From: Oligoflexia bacterium
Lineage (GTDB): Bacteria; Bdellovibrionota; UBA1018
Assembly: GCA_963758495.1 (NCBI GenBank)
Contig: CAVWVI010000004.1
Location: forward strand, 480,001-544,000
DNA length: 64,000 nt
Direction: 5' to 3'
In this document: one piece after another, positions 29,390-40,102 of the stretch
How the letters are laid out: the number at the start of each line of letters is the position of its first letter
Numbering within the stretch: position 1 is the first letter of the stretch
Made by a program: the position numbers and the translations under genes
Notes under the pieces: model-generated
Seen by the model: only the letters and a program-made list of their open reading frames with translations
Database searches by the model: none
Told to the model about the DNA's origin: nothing

Positions 29390-30365
29390 GTTGGGTTTGA
29401 TAATACCGTCTCCCTTGGGCTTCTGCCGCAGCAATCTTTTCGTCTGAAGACGCAGGGTCATGGTGCATAAAGACAACACGCTTAATTCCTTCACGCATAG
29501 CAATATCTAAACCCAGAGAAGCCGTGGCATGACCCCAGTTTACTTTCTCAATATTTTCCATCAAGGTATATTGAGCATCAAAAATCATCATATCAACGCC
29601 CTGATAAAGAGGAAGGTCTGGACCCAATGCTTCTCTTGTAACGCGAGTGCACTCGGTATCTACGCAATGGGAGTATACGTGACCCTCTTTTTCAATCTTA
29701 AATCCCCAACACGGATCAGGATGATCGAGTTGATAGGGCGTAATTGTAATGTCACCCAAGATCATTGGCTTGCGCGGTTCAAGCTGATGATATTCAATTT
29801 TTGAAGGTAAATTTTCTAAGGGCACTGGAAAGAATGGTTTCTTAAATACAGCTTTAAAGATTTCCTTTAAGTCAGGCTGAACGGAATAAACATGGATTCG
29901 ATTGCCAGGAATAAAAAGGGGGGTAAAAAAAGGCAATCCGATCAGATGATCCCAATGGAAATGAGTAAAGAATATATGAACTTCACCAGTCCCCTTGCTA
30001 CAAGGGCCTTTCATTAACTCATAGCCAAGGGGTCTAATCCCACTACCGCCGTCAATAATAAATTGCTGTCGATTTGAACTCACTTCAATACAAGGTGTAT
30101 TACCGCCGTACCCTCCCCATCGGTAACGCGGTTGATGAATGAGAAAATCATCTATTTCCGACTCGCCACGACCCCCAATACTCACAAAATCACTCATGAG
30201 AGATCTGATGTGATTTTGAAGGACAAGCGGTTGAAGCGGGGTTGGAAAAGATCCACGTGCACCCCAAATTTTCACTCTCAATAAAGTGCTATTTTCTACG
30301 GGGGCTTTAGGGTTCGTCATAGGTTTTATCTGCGGGTTTATCTGTGGTTTTATCTGTTGATTCAT
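29307..30365 (-). CDS. MBL-fold metallo-hydrolase
   Basis: WGARGSFPTP, GGNTPC, THFHWDH, DAQY and WGH motifs. Confidence 0.88.
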   Translation of the reverse strand: MNQQIKPQINPQIKPMTNPKAPVENSTLLRVKIWGARGSFPTPLQPLVLQNHIRSLMSDFVSIGGRGESEIDDFLIHQPRYRWGGYGGNTPCIEVSSNRQQFIIDGGSGIRPLGYELMKGPCSKGTGEVHIFFTHFHWDHLIGLPFFTPLFIPGNRIHVYSVQPDLKEIFKAVFKKPFFPVPLENLPSKIEYHQLEPRKPMILGDITITPYQLDHPDPCWGFKIEKEGHVYSHCVDTECTRVTREALGPDLPLYQGVDMMIFDAQYTLMENIEKVNWGHATASLGLDIAMREGIKRVVFMHHDPASSDEKIAAAEAQGRRYYQTQLKHAQDTVPHLQEVDWSFGYEGMVLNV

Positions 30366-30412
30366 GAGTTTTACTTCCGAAAAATTAATAAAAGCATAAC
30401 ATTAAAATAGAC

Positions 30413-31279
30413 TTATTCTCTAAATTTCTTTTTTTGTTCTATCGCTTTATTTACCGGAAACAACTCCAATATTTTTTGACTCTCTTCTTTCACCTGCTTA
30501 AAACTCCAGCGAGGGTGTTCTGCCATAAGCTTAATCGCAACATCCGAGAGATAAATGCCCTCTACACTGTCTTTCCAAATTCGACCCGGTGCGACGGTCT
30601 TTACAATACCCCAGTCAGCATCAAAAAAATCATATTCAGTATAACGGGTCCGAGGTGTATTAACAGCAACCGGCGAGTCCTCTTCAATGATAATCACTCC
30701 ATCATTCGTCTTTAAATTTTTACTGTTTTTGAGTTTGTAGCGATAAATTTTTCGATGACTTGATGTTTTATCCGTTAAATATAAAACCTGATAAGTAACG
30801 TTGGGTACAAAAAAGAAGGGGACGTGCTGCTCCCAATAGGTGAGGATCTTATTTTCCTGTTGGGAAACAATATGGATATCATCAAAGCCTGGAAATAGAT
30901 CTTTATAATGGTTAATATCATCTAAAATCTCTTCAACTCGTCCTAAAGGAGCATTCACCCGCATGAATTGCTCCAATCCAATATAATAAGGATTTCCTAT
31001 AGTTTCAATACATTGTAACTGAACTGGATTCGGACTATTTTCTTGAGCGACAAAACTATCCTTGGGCCATACTCGGATCAAATTGAGTATGTAATTTGTA
31101 TAAATACTCTCGGGGCCTTCTAATTTTTCATCTATTGAGTGCATTACGGGATGAATGCCCTTTGCTTGGGCTCCGAACGCTATCAAAAACAAAAAGCTAA
31201 GCAGTAAAAGCAATAGCTTCCTATGAAACACGAAATAATTTTGCCTTTTTGAAATTCTCCGTGCTTGAACCATATGCAC
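30413..31279 (-). CDS. exported hypothetical protein, possibly START/SRPBCC-like
   Basis: N-terminal hydrophobic segment; VNAPLGRVEEILDDINHYKDLFP resembles the START-fold opening motif. Confidence 0.45.
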   Translation of the reverse strand: MHMVQARRISKRQNYFVFHRKLLLLLLSFLFLIAFGAQAKGIHPVMHSIDEKLEGPESIYTNYILNLIRVWPKDSFVAQENSPNPVQLQCIETIGNPYYIGLEQFMRVNAPLGRVEEILDDINHYKDLFPGFDDIHIVSQQENKILTYWEQHVPFFFVPNVTYQVLYLTDKTSSHRKIYRYKLKNSKNLKTNDGVIIIEEDSPVAVNTPRTRYTEYDFFDADWGIVKTVAPGRIWKDSVEGIYLSDVAIKLMAEHPRWSFKQVKEESQKILELFPVNKAIEQKKKFRE

Positions 31280-31294
31280 CGTATATCATAAGAA

Positions 31295-32563
31295 TTGAAT
31301 ATTATGGCTATTTTGATTGTAGATGACGAAACAAAAACTCGAGATGCCTTGCGAAATCTTCTGAGCCATCTTGGACATAAAGTACTCTTAGAAGCCAAAA
31401 ATGGAGAGGAAGCTCTTAAAGTCGCTCACTCTGAGAAATCTCGAATTAAACTAGTCCTTGCTGATTTAGAAATGCCTCATATGGACGGGCTGACTTTAGC
31501 CAAAAAAATTGGAGAACTGCCCATTCTCGACTTGGCACCCTTTCTTTTGATTACTTCCGATCTATCTCGATCTCAATTATCTGAGCATAGAAAACAAATC
31601 CCACGAATCGATTTCTACCTGCTTAAGCCTTTTCGAATGGCAACATTAGCAGAGGCTCTGAATCGTGCCTATATCCAGAGAAGCCTTACACGAAGTCAGA
31701 TACTCTATGTGGGAAAAAATATTCCTATCTCCCTTTCTCAGGCTATTCACCAAAGCTCTCATGATACCCTTTGGACAGAACTAGTCCTCATTCAAAGCCC
31801 AACAGCACTCAAAGAAAAACTAGTCAGCTTCGCGCAAAAACCAGGAGTGATCTTACCAGGAGCTATCTTCATTCATCCGTCAGACCTAAACCAGGACGAA
31901 AAAATACAATACAGTGAGATCCTCTCAATCTTCAAAAAGACACCTCTAGGTAACATGATGCAGTTTGCGTGCTTAAGCCGGAATCCAGAGGAAGTATTTA
32001 ACTTTAGAATAATTTGTCAGCTTTTCTACACACCCCAAAGCACTATTCAGGATTGGCATTCACTCCTCACGCAAATCACGATGAGAATTCATCATAGCTG
32101 GGAAATAGAACTACTTGCTCAAGAAACTAAATTTAAAATTCAGGAAAGGCAATACAAAACAGCACTAAAAACTGCTGAACAAGCATTAAAGTTAGATCAA
32201 AATAATTCCGAATCCCATATTACGATCGGCGAAATTCTGGAGCACCTCAATCAACAGGACAAAGCAGCACTTCACTATCAAAAGGCCATTCAACTCAATC
32301 CTACTTTACCACGTCCGTATATTAAACTTTTTAAGCTTTGCTCTCATTCAAAAGCTTTTCATGACAAACCCCAAGATATCTTCGAAATAATCACGATGGG
32401 TGTGCAGTTCTGTCCACAGAATTTGGATTTTCTCTTTTTCGCAGCAACAGAATTATTTAAACTTGGAAATAAAAGAACCTCTAAAGATCTTTTAGAGATC
32501 ATTCTTAATATAGAGCCTCAACATTCAAGTGCCAAGATACTATTGAAACAAATCCAATGTTAA
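31295..32563 (+). CDS. response regulator with C-terminal TPR repeats
   Basis: ILIVDD, DLEMPHMDG and KPF receiver motifs; TPR-like ALKLDQNNSESH and YQKAIQLNP. Confidence 0.8.
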   Translation: MNIMAILIVDDETKTRDALRNLLSHLGHKVLLEAKNGEEALKVAHSEKSRIKLVLADLEMPHMDGLTLAKKIGELPILDLAPFLLITSDLSRSQLSEHRKQIPRIDFYLLKPFRMATLAEALNRAYIQRSLTRSQILYVGKNIPISLSQAIHQSSHDTLWTELVLIQSPTALKEKLVSFAQKPGVILPGAIFIHPSDLNQDEKIQYSEILSIFKKTPLGNMMQFACLSRNPEEVFNFRIICQLFYTPQSTIQDWHSLLTQITMRIHHSWEIELLAQETKFKIQERQYKTALKTAEQALKLDQNNSESHITIGEILEHLNQQDKAALHYQKAIQLNPTLPRPYIKLFKLCSHSKAFHDKPQDIFEIITMGVQFCPQNLDFLFFAATELFKLGNKRTSKDLLEIILNIEPQHSSAKILLKQIQC

Positions 32564-34341
32564 ATTTTTTCTTACCCATCATAACGCTTTTTTTACTGAT
32601 TTTTGTAATCGACCTCTTCTTTCGTAACAGCAGAGACTTACTCTATCGTACAAATATTTTATCAGGAAAAATTCCTCTTAACGAGCAACAGCTATTGGAA
32701 GTCGTTCAAAAATACGGAAACAATAGCAATTCCTTCATGACGCTTTACCCTGGCTTTGATTACTTTAAATCAAAAGATCCAACTATTCCTGGAGCTATAG
32801 CATTTTTAGAAATGTCGTACGCTTGGATCGGTGGGACCGAACCTCTCACTTCTCCAGAATGTGAAAATAGGCTCCTCACTGAATTCGCCGAAGCTGCTGC
32901 GAAAGTAGGAAAAACTGCTGTTTTATTGCCTGTGAATCAAGAAGTCGCCAAAAGAGCTTCAAAAGCAGGATATGGCAGCTTAATGATTGGACGTGAACCT
33001 GTCTTTGATTTATCTTTTTATCCCAAAACTGGAAACACTTGGATTGATATCATACCGACAGCTAAGCAACTTGATGCAAAAGGTGCAAGAATTATTGAAA
33101 TTTCTCCCACTCAATGCTCCCAGCAAATCAAACATGAACTCGATGCGATCACAACCGAATGGTTATCTACTAGAAAAATGGATCCATTAGGCTTTTTAAA
33201 TAAAGTAGAACCTTGGACCCTTTCTGAACATAAAAAGTATTTTTACCTTGAGCTTTCAGGAAAAATACTAGCATTTTTAGCAGCAATCCCCATTTGGCCA
33301 CGACGTGGCTGGTATCTTATTGATTTAGTGCGAAAAAAAGACACTCCCGCAGGAACTACTGAGTTACTCACCCTTCGAAGTATGCAGCTTCTAAAAAATG
33401 CAGGTGCCCAAGAGGTTACTCTAGGTGTCTCACCTCTTGCTCAACTGGACTCTGACCCTTCAAACCCAAAACTATCAGCATTTCTTCGTATGATGTACGA
33501 AAAAGGAAATCTATTTTATAATTTCAAATCTCTTTATCAATACAAACTCAAGTTTGATCCCACAAGATGCGATGCTGCTTATCTTATATTTAAAAATATA
33601 GAAACACAGCAGACTCACCTTCGACTCAAGGATGTCCTCAGCATATTTCAAGCTTTCTCTCGAAAGGGACTGATGCATGCAACGTGGTCAGGGCTCACTC
33701 GTTCCGTAAAACAAACCCATCTTTCTGAATTAATCAGAAATCAGTTAAAATTGGCAGTAGTCGTGCGTTCAGTTCCAAGATCTTGGCGCCTTCTCCTTTT
33801 GCGTTGTAAATTTACTGTGTCCATATTGGTTTTCAATTTAGTTCTGTTTTTTGCCACGACAGAATCTTCTGGATTACTGAAATCAAGCATTGAAGCCCAA
33901 TGGGGTTACCGATGGGATACTCTTCATCAATCCCCCGTCCACGCACTCGCACTTTCTCCTTTTCTTCATTGGAATTTAACTCATTTAAATATCAATTTAA
34001 TCCTACTCATTTGTTTCACTGGAGGATTAGAATATCTTGCAGGCACAGGCTTTGTGGCCCTGTGTTACCTGATTCCCATGATCCTTTCAAACCCTCTCAC
34101 CTCATTATGCCTGGGTGCAATGAATTTTCCGCTGACAGAGCTTGATGTGGGGGCGTCTTTAGGAATTTTTGGCTGTGTCGGCGCTCTGAATGGGTTTTTG
34201 CGACATGGAATCATCTTGAGCGCTAGCCTATGCGGCATCACCTTGATTCAAGCACTGGTGACGCATAATGGACTTGTTTTGAATCATTGGACGGCTCTCT
34301 TTCTTGGAACCTTAATTGGAAGACTTGCACTCAAAAAGTAA
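32557..34341 (+). CDS. DUF2156 (MprF/LPG-synthase catalytic) domain fused to a rhomboid-like domain
   Basis: LIDLVRK, TLGVSPLA and FYNFKSLYQYKLKFDP; C-terminal FLHWNLTHLNIN, DVGASLGIFG and NHW. Confidence 0.75.
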   Translation: MLNFFLPIITLFLLIFVIDLFFRNSRDLLYRTNILSGKIPLNEQQLLEVVQKYGNNSNSFMTLYPGFDYFKSKDPTIPGAIAFLEMSYAWIGGTEPLTSPECENRLLTEFAEAAAKVGKTAVLLPVNQEVAKRASKAGYGSLMIGREPVFDLSFYPKTGNTWIDIIPTAKQLDAKGARIIEISPTQCSQQIKHELDAITTEWLSTRKMDPLGFLNKVEPWTLSEHKKYFYLELSGKILAFLAAIPIWPRRGWYLIDLVRKKDTPAGTTELLTLRSMQLLKNAGAQEVTLGVSPLAQLDSDPSNPKLSAFLRMMYEKGNLFYNFKSLYQYKLKFDPTRCDAAYLIFKNIETQQTHLRLKDVLSIFQAFSRKGLMHATWSGLTRSVKQTHLSELIRNQLKLAVVVRSVPRSWRLLLLRCKFTVSILVFNLVLFFATTESSGLLKSSIEAQWGYRWDTLHQSPVHALALSPFLHWNLTHLNINLILLICFTGGLEYLAGTGFVALCYLIPMILSNPLTSLCLGAMNFPLTELDVGASLGIFGCVGALNGFLRHGIILSASLCGITLIQALVTHNGLVLNHWTALFLGTLIGRLALKK

Positions 34342-36160
34342 ACTCAATAAAAACCATGGGCCAAACGGTTAAAGAATGCCCAGTACCCTGAAGCTCCGCT
34401 TCATTCATCCGATACGCTGCCCATTGCTCTTGTAGCCATATACCTACCGTCAAAGTATCATTTAAAGGATGCGAAAATTCTAGATTTCCGCTTTGTGCAT
34501 ATCGGTAGGAAAGCCCTGTGTTTTGGTAGAGCCCCCCCACGCTTAAGCTTGCTAAATAACTTCCAAAAAACCTTTTGTGAATTCCTCCTTCTAGATAAGG
34601 TCCAAAAAATCCAAAGTTGTTAAAACCAAATTGGCTCGTAGGTTCTTCAATCACACGACCTAGATAGGAAACTCGCACACCCGCATTTAAAGTGAAATAG
34701 AATTTAGGCTGAAAAAACCTACGTACTATACCGATCAGAATTTGAGTCTCATGAGCAACCAATCTCACTTGATTCGGAACATGAGTTTCAAAATCCCCTG
34801 GTTCAACATAATTTTTATTAACGCTGATCAGTGATTCAATTGAGTAATGTGGATTGAGCCAATAATCATACTGGACTTGACCTTGAGTGAAAGTAGAAGT
34901 TTTTAAGATAACGCTAGCCGGAGAATTTGAGTCATTACCTGAAAAATAATAATTTGTATACTCACTCCCATAAAAAAGTCGAAGAGCATTCTGATGTTTT
35001 GAGTATTCATCGAACATCAGATAAGTTTCATAGGTCTCTTCAGCTCCAGTACGATTTCGCGCGGCCTGAATTTCCAAAGGCATAAACTCACTATAGGGTC
35101 CACGCTCACCTGCCGTATCGACCGCTGCCACACGCCAATAATAGAAACCAGCCGTATCGGTCTTCCAAACATACTTGATGTTGGAAACAGACCTTTCTTG
35201 AATCAAATGTTTAAATTCAGAATCTGTTGAAATTTGAATGACATAATCACGAGCGCCTAAAACAGATTTCCATTCCAACTCTACCGAGTATTTACCGCCA
35301 TTCGAACCTTCATCGGCATACGCTTCAGCAATAAATAACTGATTCAGAGTTTGCATCCATTTTCTATCGACTCTTCTTTGTTGGGCTCCTTCATTCGGAT
35401 AATGAATGACAGGTCGTTTTAAAATAGGTGGATCAATACTTTGAAGAATCACTTCGTTATTCTGAATCATTTGAATATTTACTTTCGGTCTCAAAAGCTC
35501 AGGAGGTTGAATCAAATGATGAACGATAACAGGAGGCGTCGGGCTACTTAAAATTTTATGATTTCCAGGAGTTTGAAATACGAGTCCAAGCTCTACAGAT
35601 GCCAAGCTCGAATCGGTAATTTCCACATCTCCTTGATTGATATCAATGATGGGCTCCCCTTGAACTGAGCTCTTAATTTTAAAACTTGCAGAACCGGTAC
35701 TCACTACTTTTTTACTACCCACTTGGATCTCAAGAGAAGCTCGATTTTCCCCTTGCTTATTTAAATCTTGCTGCACTGTCCCCTTCACTAAAGTCAAAAT
35801 AAATGCCCGACTATTCAACGATGGCGTCTTTCGCAGCATCACTACCGAATCAGGACCGAGGCTTACCGATTGACCATCTATAAACTTCAAGGTGACGGCG
35901 GATGAAGCTCCCGTCATAATTTCGTCTCCCTCAAATAAGCTCATTCCTTCCTTAATTTGCTTCCAATAGAGCTGATGCCTCGAATGACTCTTCGCTGTTC
36001 GAGACACTGATTGGACTTGAGCAATACGAACTGCTTGAGAATGCCTATCGGTAGGTTTCCACAAAAAATGGAAATTAGAAAATAGCATCCACACTTCAAT
36101 TACCAATGCAAATAAGATGAGTACTACCCATTTACGCTCTACATAATTCAAAAACTTCAC
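34331..36160 (-). CDS. FecR-domain protein with FN3-like domain and probable C-terminal beta-barrel
   Basis: LFEGDEIMTGASSAVTLKF...LGPDS (FecR); YYWRVAAVD (FN3); amphipathic strands ending in F. Confidence 0.65.
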   Translation of the reverse strand: MKFLNYVERKWVVLILFALVIEVWMLFSNFHFLWKPTDRHSQAVRIAQVQSVSRTAKSHSRHQLYWKQIKEGMSLFEGDEIMTGASSAVTLKFIDGQSVSLGPDSVVMLRKTPSLNSRAFILTLVKGTVQQDLNKQGENRASLEIQVGSKKVVSTGSASFKIKSSVQGEPIIDINQGDVEITDSSLASVELGLVFQTPGNHKILSSPTPPVIVHHLIQPPELLRPKVNIQMIQNNEVILQSIDPPILKRPVIHYPNEGAQQRRVDRKWMQTLNQLFIAEAYADEGSNGGKYSVELEWKSVLGARDYVIQISTDSEFKHLIQERSVSNIKYVWKTDTAGFYYWRVAAVDTAGERGPYSEFMPLEIQAARNRTGAEETYETYLMFDEYSKHQNALRLFYGSEYTNYYFSGNDSNSPASVILKTSTFTQGQVQYDYWLNPHYSIESLISVNKNYVEPGDFETHVPNQVRLVAHETQILIGIVRRFFQPKFYFTLNAGVRVSYLGRVIEEPTSQFGFNNFGFFGPYLEGGIHKRFFGSYLASLSVGGLYQNTGLSYRYAQSGNLEFSHPLNDTLTVGIWLQEQWAAYRMNEAELQGTGHSLTVWPMVFIEFTF

Positions 36161-36242
36161 GTATACTCGACTCCCCCCCTTAATGCAGGTAATATACTAT
36201 TAAAGTTTCAATAATTTTAAACTTATTCAAGAGTATAACTGC

Positions 36243-38342
36243 ATGAGATGGTCATTACGGACAAAAATATTAATCATTCTTTCGACTCTTTTATTAATTG
36301 TAGTCACAGCACACCTTATTTTATCTGAAAAAATACTCCGTGAAGATAAAGAATTACTTATTTATGATAGTAATCGATCCAATACTGAGCAACTTGCAAA
36401 CGAACTCGACAATTCAATGCATCGAGTTATCGACAAAATGGAGCTTCTTGCGGAGCTAGTTCTCAATAATTCAAACTTATCTAAAAGCAATGGCAAAGTG
36501 CTTGCTGAGCTTTTCATCGAAAAGGATCCAGATCTACTTGTCTTTCAAATCATCCAACCTAAAAAAAGCCACACCCCCATACAAGGGGAGCTTTTATCCA
36601 AAAAGAAAATCCAAGCAATCAAATTAAGCTTATCGCAAATTCATAATAATCATATTTTACCCATTTCATTTGATTCTTCTCAAAGTGAAATTTCAATAGA
36701 AAATCGCTCTATTGCAAACACCATTCTTTATTTAATTCGAGTACCGGTTCAGATCAATGGAACCAAGAAGCAAGAACCCATTTTTGCACAAGCCTTAATC
36801 GATGGCCGCTCCTTGGAACTGATTTTTCGTGAAAGTCAGTCGTTAGCAGTAAATTTTGCAGTCACCCACACTGGACAAATTTTCACACACCCAAACCTCG
36901 ACTGGGTGACCTCAAGAAAGAATTTAAATAATCTAGAAATCGTAAAAAAGGCCCAACTTCAACAATTCACGATGCAGCAGATGGTCTTTGATTTTGAGAA
37001 AAAAAGCTATATGGGAGTTTACCAAAAAACTACCCTGGGGTCTCTAACAGTGATCTCTATGATCGATAAAAGCATCGCTCGAAGAGCAAGTCGTATTCTT
37101 CTTGAAAAGACTATGATTCTTTCGCTCATTATTGTCACTGTCGTATTATTGATCAGTTTATTTTTTGCGGGATCTTTAAGCACCCCTCTCTTGAGTCTCG
37201 TGGATGCTACAAAGCAAATTTCTTTAGGCAATTTCGACACTCCGATTGACGTTCATACTCAGGACGAGATTGGAGTCCTCGCTCTCGCATTTTCAAAAAT
37301 GACAAAAGAACTTAAGTCCTCACGATTGCTACTCGAAGAATATAATCGAGATCTCTCTCTTAAAGTTCATGAACGAACCCAAGAACTCGAAAGCAAAAAT
37401 GCTGCAATTCGTCAACAGCATGAAGTCCTGATTCAATCGACTCATTTAGCTACCCTGGGAGAAATTGCTGGAAAAGCTGCACATGAAGTTCTCAACCCCC
37501 TTACGGCTATGATTTCCAACCTCGAAAAGTTATTGAACTATACAAAGCAACTGAGTCAATCACCCTCTACTTCGCTTTCATTATTTAAAACCATCTTAGA
37601 TAGCTGGAGAGAAGCTTATCATTTAGGAGGTCTTCAAGCTTGGTTGGAGAATGTCAAACAGCCCAGCCGCATACTCCCAGGAAAATCCCTCCTTGAAGAG
37701 GATATCGAAAACTTAAATTTAATCTTAGGGCAGTTCAGTAGTTTTACTCAAAAATCCAATTCGGACTTACAACTGATTCTAAGCGAATCTCACCGAATCT
37801 CCAGAATCGTGGATCAATTGAGAGGACTGAGCCGAACTACCCGATTGACCTCACCTATAGATATCAATACGATTATTACTGATAGCATTCAAGTTACTGA
37901 AGATCTGCTCGCCCGTTATAAAATCAAAATCGAAACTCGACTCGATGAGTCACCTCTTTATATTGTAGCTAATGACGATGAAATGAGACAAATTTTCTTT
38001 AATCTCATTAAAAACTCTATGGATGCCATTCATGCTTCAAACTCTCATTCCGGTGGAAGAATTCAAATCACCACCCAAGCATTAAAAGAACAAGTCAAAC
38101 TGAACTTTTGGGATAATGGTATTGGGATTCCTTTAAAAAACCGGGATAAGATTTTTGAGTCCGACTTTAGCACTAAAGGAGCCTATGGGACGGGATTCGG
38201 TTTAGGCATCTGTCGCCGTTTTGCACGTGCAGCTGGAGGAGAAATTATCGTGAAAGCAAGCGAGCCAGGAAAATTTACGGAATTTGAACTTACTTTTCCT
38301 CGTGGATACCCACCTAACTCTCTTGAACCAGAAAAGAAATAA
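36243..38342 (+). CDS. sensor histidine kinase (Cache/HAMP)
   Basis: Two TM helices, HAMP DEIGVLA, H-box AHEVLNPL, NLIKNSMDA, DNGIG and GTGFGL. Confidence 0.9.
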   Translation: MRWSLRTKILIILSTLLLIVVTAHLILSEKILREDKELLIYDSNRSNTEQLANELDNSMHRVIDKMELLAELVLNNSNLSKSNGKVLAELFIEKDPDLLVFQIIQPKKSHTPIQGELLSKKKIQAIKLSLSQIHNNHILPISFDSSQSEISIENRSIANTILYLIRVPVQINGTKKQEPIFAQALIDGRSLELIFRESQSLAVNFAVTHTGQIFTHPNLDWVTSRKNLNNLEIVKKAQLQQFTMQQMVFDFEKKSYMGVYQKTTLGSLTVISMIDKSIARRASRILLEKTMILSLIIVTVVLLISLFFAGSLSTPLLSLVDATKQISLGNFDTPIDVHTQDEIGVLALAFSKMTKELKSSRLLLEEYNRDLSLKVHERTQELESKNAAIRQQHEVLIQSTHLATLGEIAGKAAHEVLNPLTAMISNLEKLLNYTKQLSQSPSTSLSLFKTILDSWREAYHLGGLQAWLENVKQPSRILPGKSLLEEDIENLNLILGQFSSFTQKSNSDLQLILSESHRISRIVDQLRGLSRTTRLTSPIDINTIITDSIQVTEDLLARYKIKIETRLDESPLYIVANDDEMRQIFFNLIKNSMDAIHASNSHSGGRIQITTQALKEQVKLNFWDNGIGIPLKNRDKIFESDFSTKGAYGTGFGLGICRRFARAAGGEIIVKASEPGKFTEFELTFPRGYPPNSLEPEKK

Positions 38343-38365
38343 GTGACCAGGAGAAGAAATTAGCT

Positions 38366-39628
38366 ATGCCGACAGTTACGCGTCATCATCATAATAACCT
38401 TCTAAACAACATATTCAATAATCGCATTCTGATAGTCGAAGATGAGCCTAATATTCGAGAGGGGTATCGAAGTATCTTAACACCTACCCAAATTCCAGAA
38501 CTCAGTAGTTCCCGCATTTCTTCCCCAGCTCTCTCCCCTAATCCCGTGCAACACTCCCCCTCTACTTTAAGCTTTGAGATCGTAGAAGCAGAGAGTGGAG
38601 AAAATGCCTTAAAAACTCTTTTGACAGATCTGCAAGAAGGGCGTCGCTTTGCAGGAGCCATTGTCGATGTAAGAATGCCTGGAAAGTTAGATGGACTCCA
38701 ATTTATTCAAGAAGCCTGGAAAAATGATCCAGACCTCATCGTGGTGGTGGCCACCGCCTACCAAGATCGCTCTGTCGACGAAATCCATAGACTCTTCACC
38801 GAATCCTTTCAAGACCAGTGGGATTATCTGAATAAACCTTTTACTGCCGGGGAGATTACTCAAAAAGCGAGGAATCTCGTCTCCACTTGGAATCGGAGGT
38901 ATCGAGAAAAGGAATATTTGAGACAAATTAAAGAACAGCAACAAGCTTTAATAGGTCAAGAAAAACTAGCTGCTGTAGGAAGACTCGCAAGAAGCGTGGG
39001 CCATGAATTTGGAAATATTTTACAACCGCTCATATCCACTCTTGAGCTTACTAAAGAACAAGTGAAATTAGGGGAATTGAATTCAATTGAATCATTCGTG
39101 GATGAAATGCTTGAAATAGCTAGCCTGGGTGCAAATATTTGTCAGGATTTACTTACATTTTCCGACGAAAATCTAAACCCAAAAACTCAATTAAATAAGG
39201 TTCTCATTGAACCGATCATCGAAACTTCCACTCGACTCTTAAGACATGAGATCAAAAAGCATGATATCCATATTACCACTCTCATCGAAAAAAACCTTCA
39301 AGGTCTTATAGATGAATCTCGCTTGATCCAAATATTAGTGAACTTATTAAAAAATGCTTTAGATGCACTCCCCGATGGTGGAATCATAGAAATTCGTGGT
39401 TACTCAACTCCTCAAAATGCAGTCTTGGAAATTAAAGATTACGGTTGTGGCATATCTGACACAGATTTACCCAAACTTTTCCAGCCTCTATTTTCCACAA
39501 AAGGCAACTGCGGTAATGGCATCGGATTGATTGCGTGTAAGCAAATCATGGAAGAACACGGTGGTGAAATTTTAATCCAATCCAAGCTTGGCATTGGCAC
39601 TACTGTCATGCTTAAGTTTTCTCTCTAA
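38366..39628 (+). CDS. hybrid receiver-histidine kinase
   Basis: ILIVEDE...DVRMPG...KPF followed by GHEFGN, NLLKNALDA, DYGCG and GNGIGL. Confidence 0.9.
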   Translation: MPTVTRHHHNNLLNNIFNNRILIVEDEPNIREGYRSILTPTQIPELSSSRISSPALSPNPVQHSPSTLSFEIVEAESGENALKTLLTDLQEGRRFAGAIVDVRMPGKLDGLQFIQEAWKNDPDLIVVVATAYQDRSVDEIHRLFTESFQDQWDYLNKPFTAGEITQKARNLVSTWNRRYREKEYLRQIKEQQQALIGQEKLAAVGRLARSVGHEFGNILQPLISTLELTKEQVKLGELNSIESFVDEMLEIASLGANICQDLLTFSDENLNPKTQLNKVLIEPIIETSTRLLRHEIKKHDIHITTLIEKNLQGLIDESRLIQILVNLLKNALDALPDGGIIEIRGYSTPQNAVLEIKDYGCGISDTDLPKLFQPLFSTKGNCGNGIGLIACKQIMEEHGGEILIQSKLGIGTTVMLKFSL

Positions 39629-40090
39629 AATCAAAAAGCTATAAGAAAACTGCCCGGTGTGGTCTTCTCGACTGATTTCACGAAATTCACTTAATTTAAA
39701 ATCGGGAAAGAACGTATCCCCATCCATATCTTGATGAATTAAAGTCAGATAAAGCCGCTCAATACGAGGAAACGCTAATCGATAAATTTCCGAGCCACCT
39801 ATGATAAATAGTTCTTCTTCTTTATGCTGATAATAGTCTATCGCTTGTTCAAGGGATTGAACTACACGAGCTCCTTGAACATGATAACCCGCTTGCCGCG
39901 AAATAATCACATTCTCACGATGAGGTAATACTCGGCCAATGGATTCAAATGTCTTTCTTCCCATCACGATAGGATGCCCTGAAGTGATCTCGCGGAATTT
40001 TTTTAAATCTTCGGGTAACTTCCAAGGTAGCTGGTTTTTGTTTCCAATCACTCGATTTTGTGACATCGCAACAATAGCTGAAAGCCTCAT
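39572..40090 (-). CDS. folA: dihydrofolate reductase
   Basis: VIGNKNQLPWKLPEDLKKF, MGRKTFESI, IIGGSEIY and GDTFFP motifs. Confidence 0.96.
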   Translation of the reverse strand: MRLSAIVAMSQNRVIGNKNQLPWKLPEDLKKFREITSGHPIVMGRKTFESIGRVLPHRENVIISRQAGYHVQGARVVQSLEQAIDYYQHKEEELFIIGGSEIYRLAFPRIERLYLTLIHQDMDGDTFFPDFKLSEFREISREDHTGQFSYSFLILERKLKHDSSANAKLGLD

Positions 40091-40102
40091 AAACCATTTT
40101 CC

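Noticed and set aside
12631..39628. Long convergent 3' overlaps (12631-12672, 29307-29389, 39572-39628) as a regulatory system
   Set aside because: The overlapping tails look like non-conserved extensions, and nothing in the sequence supports a function
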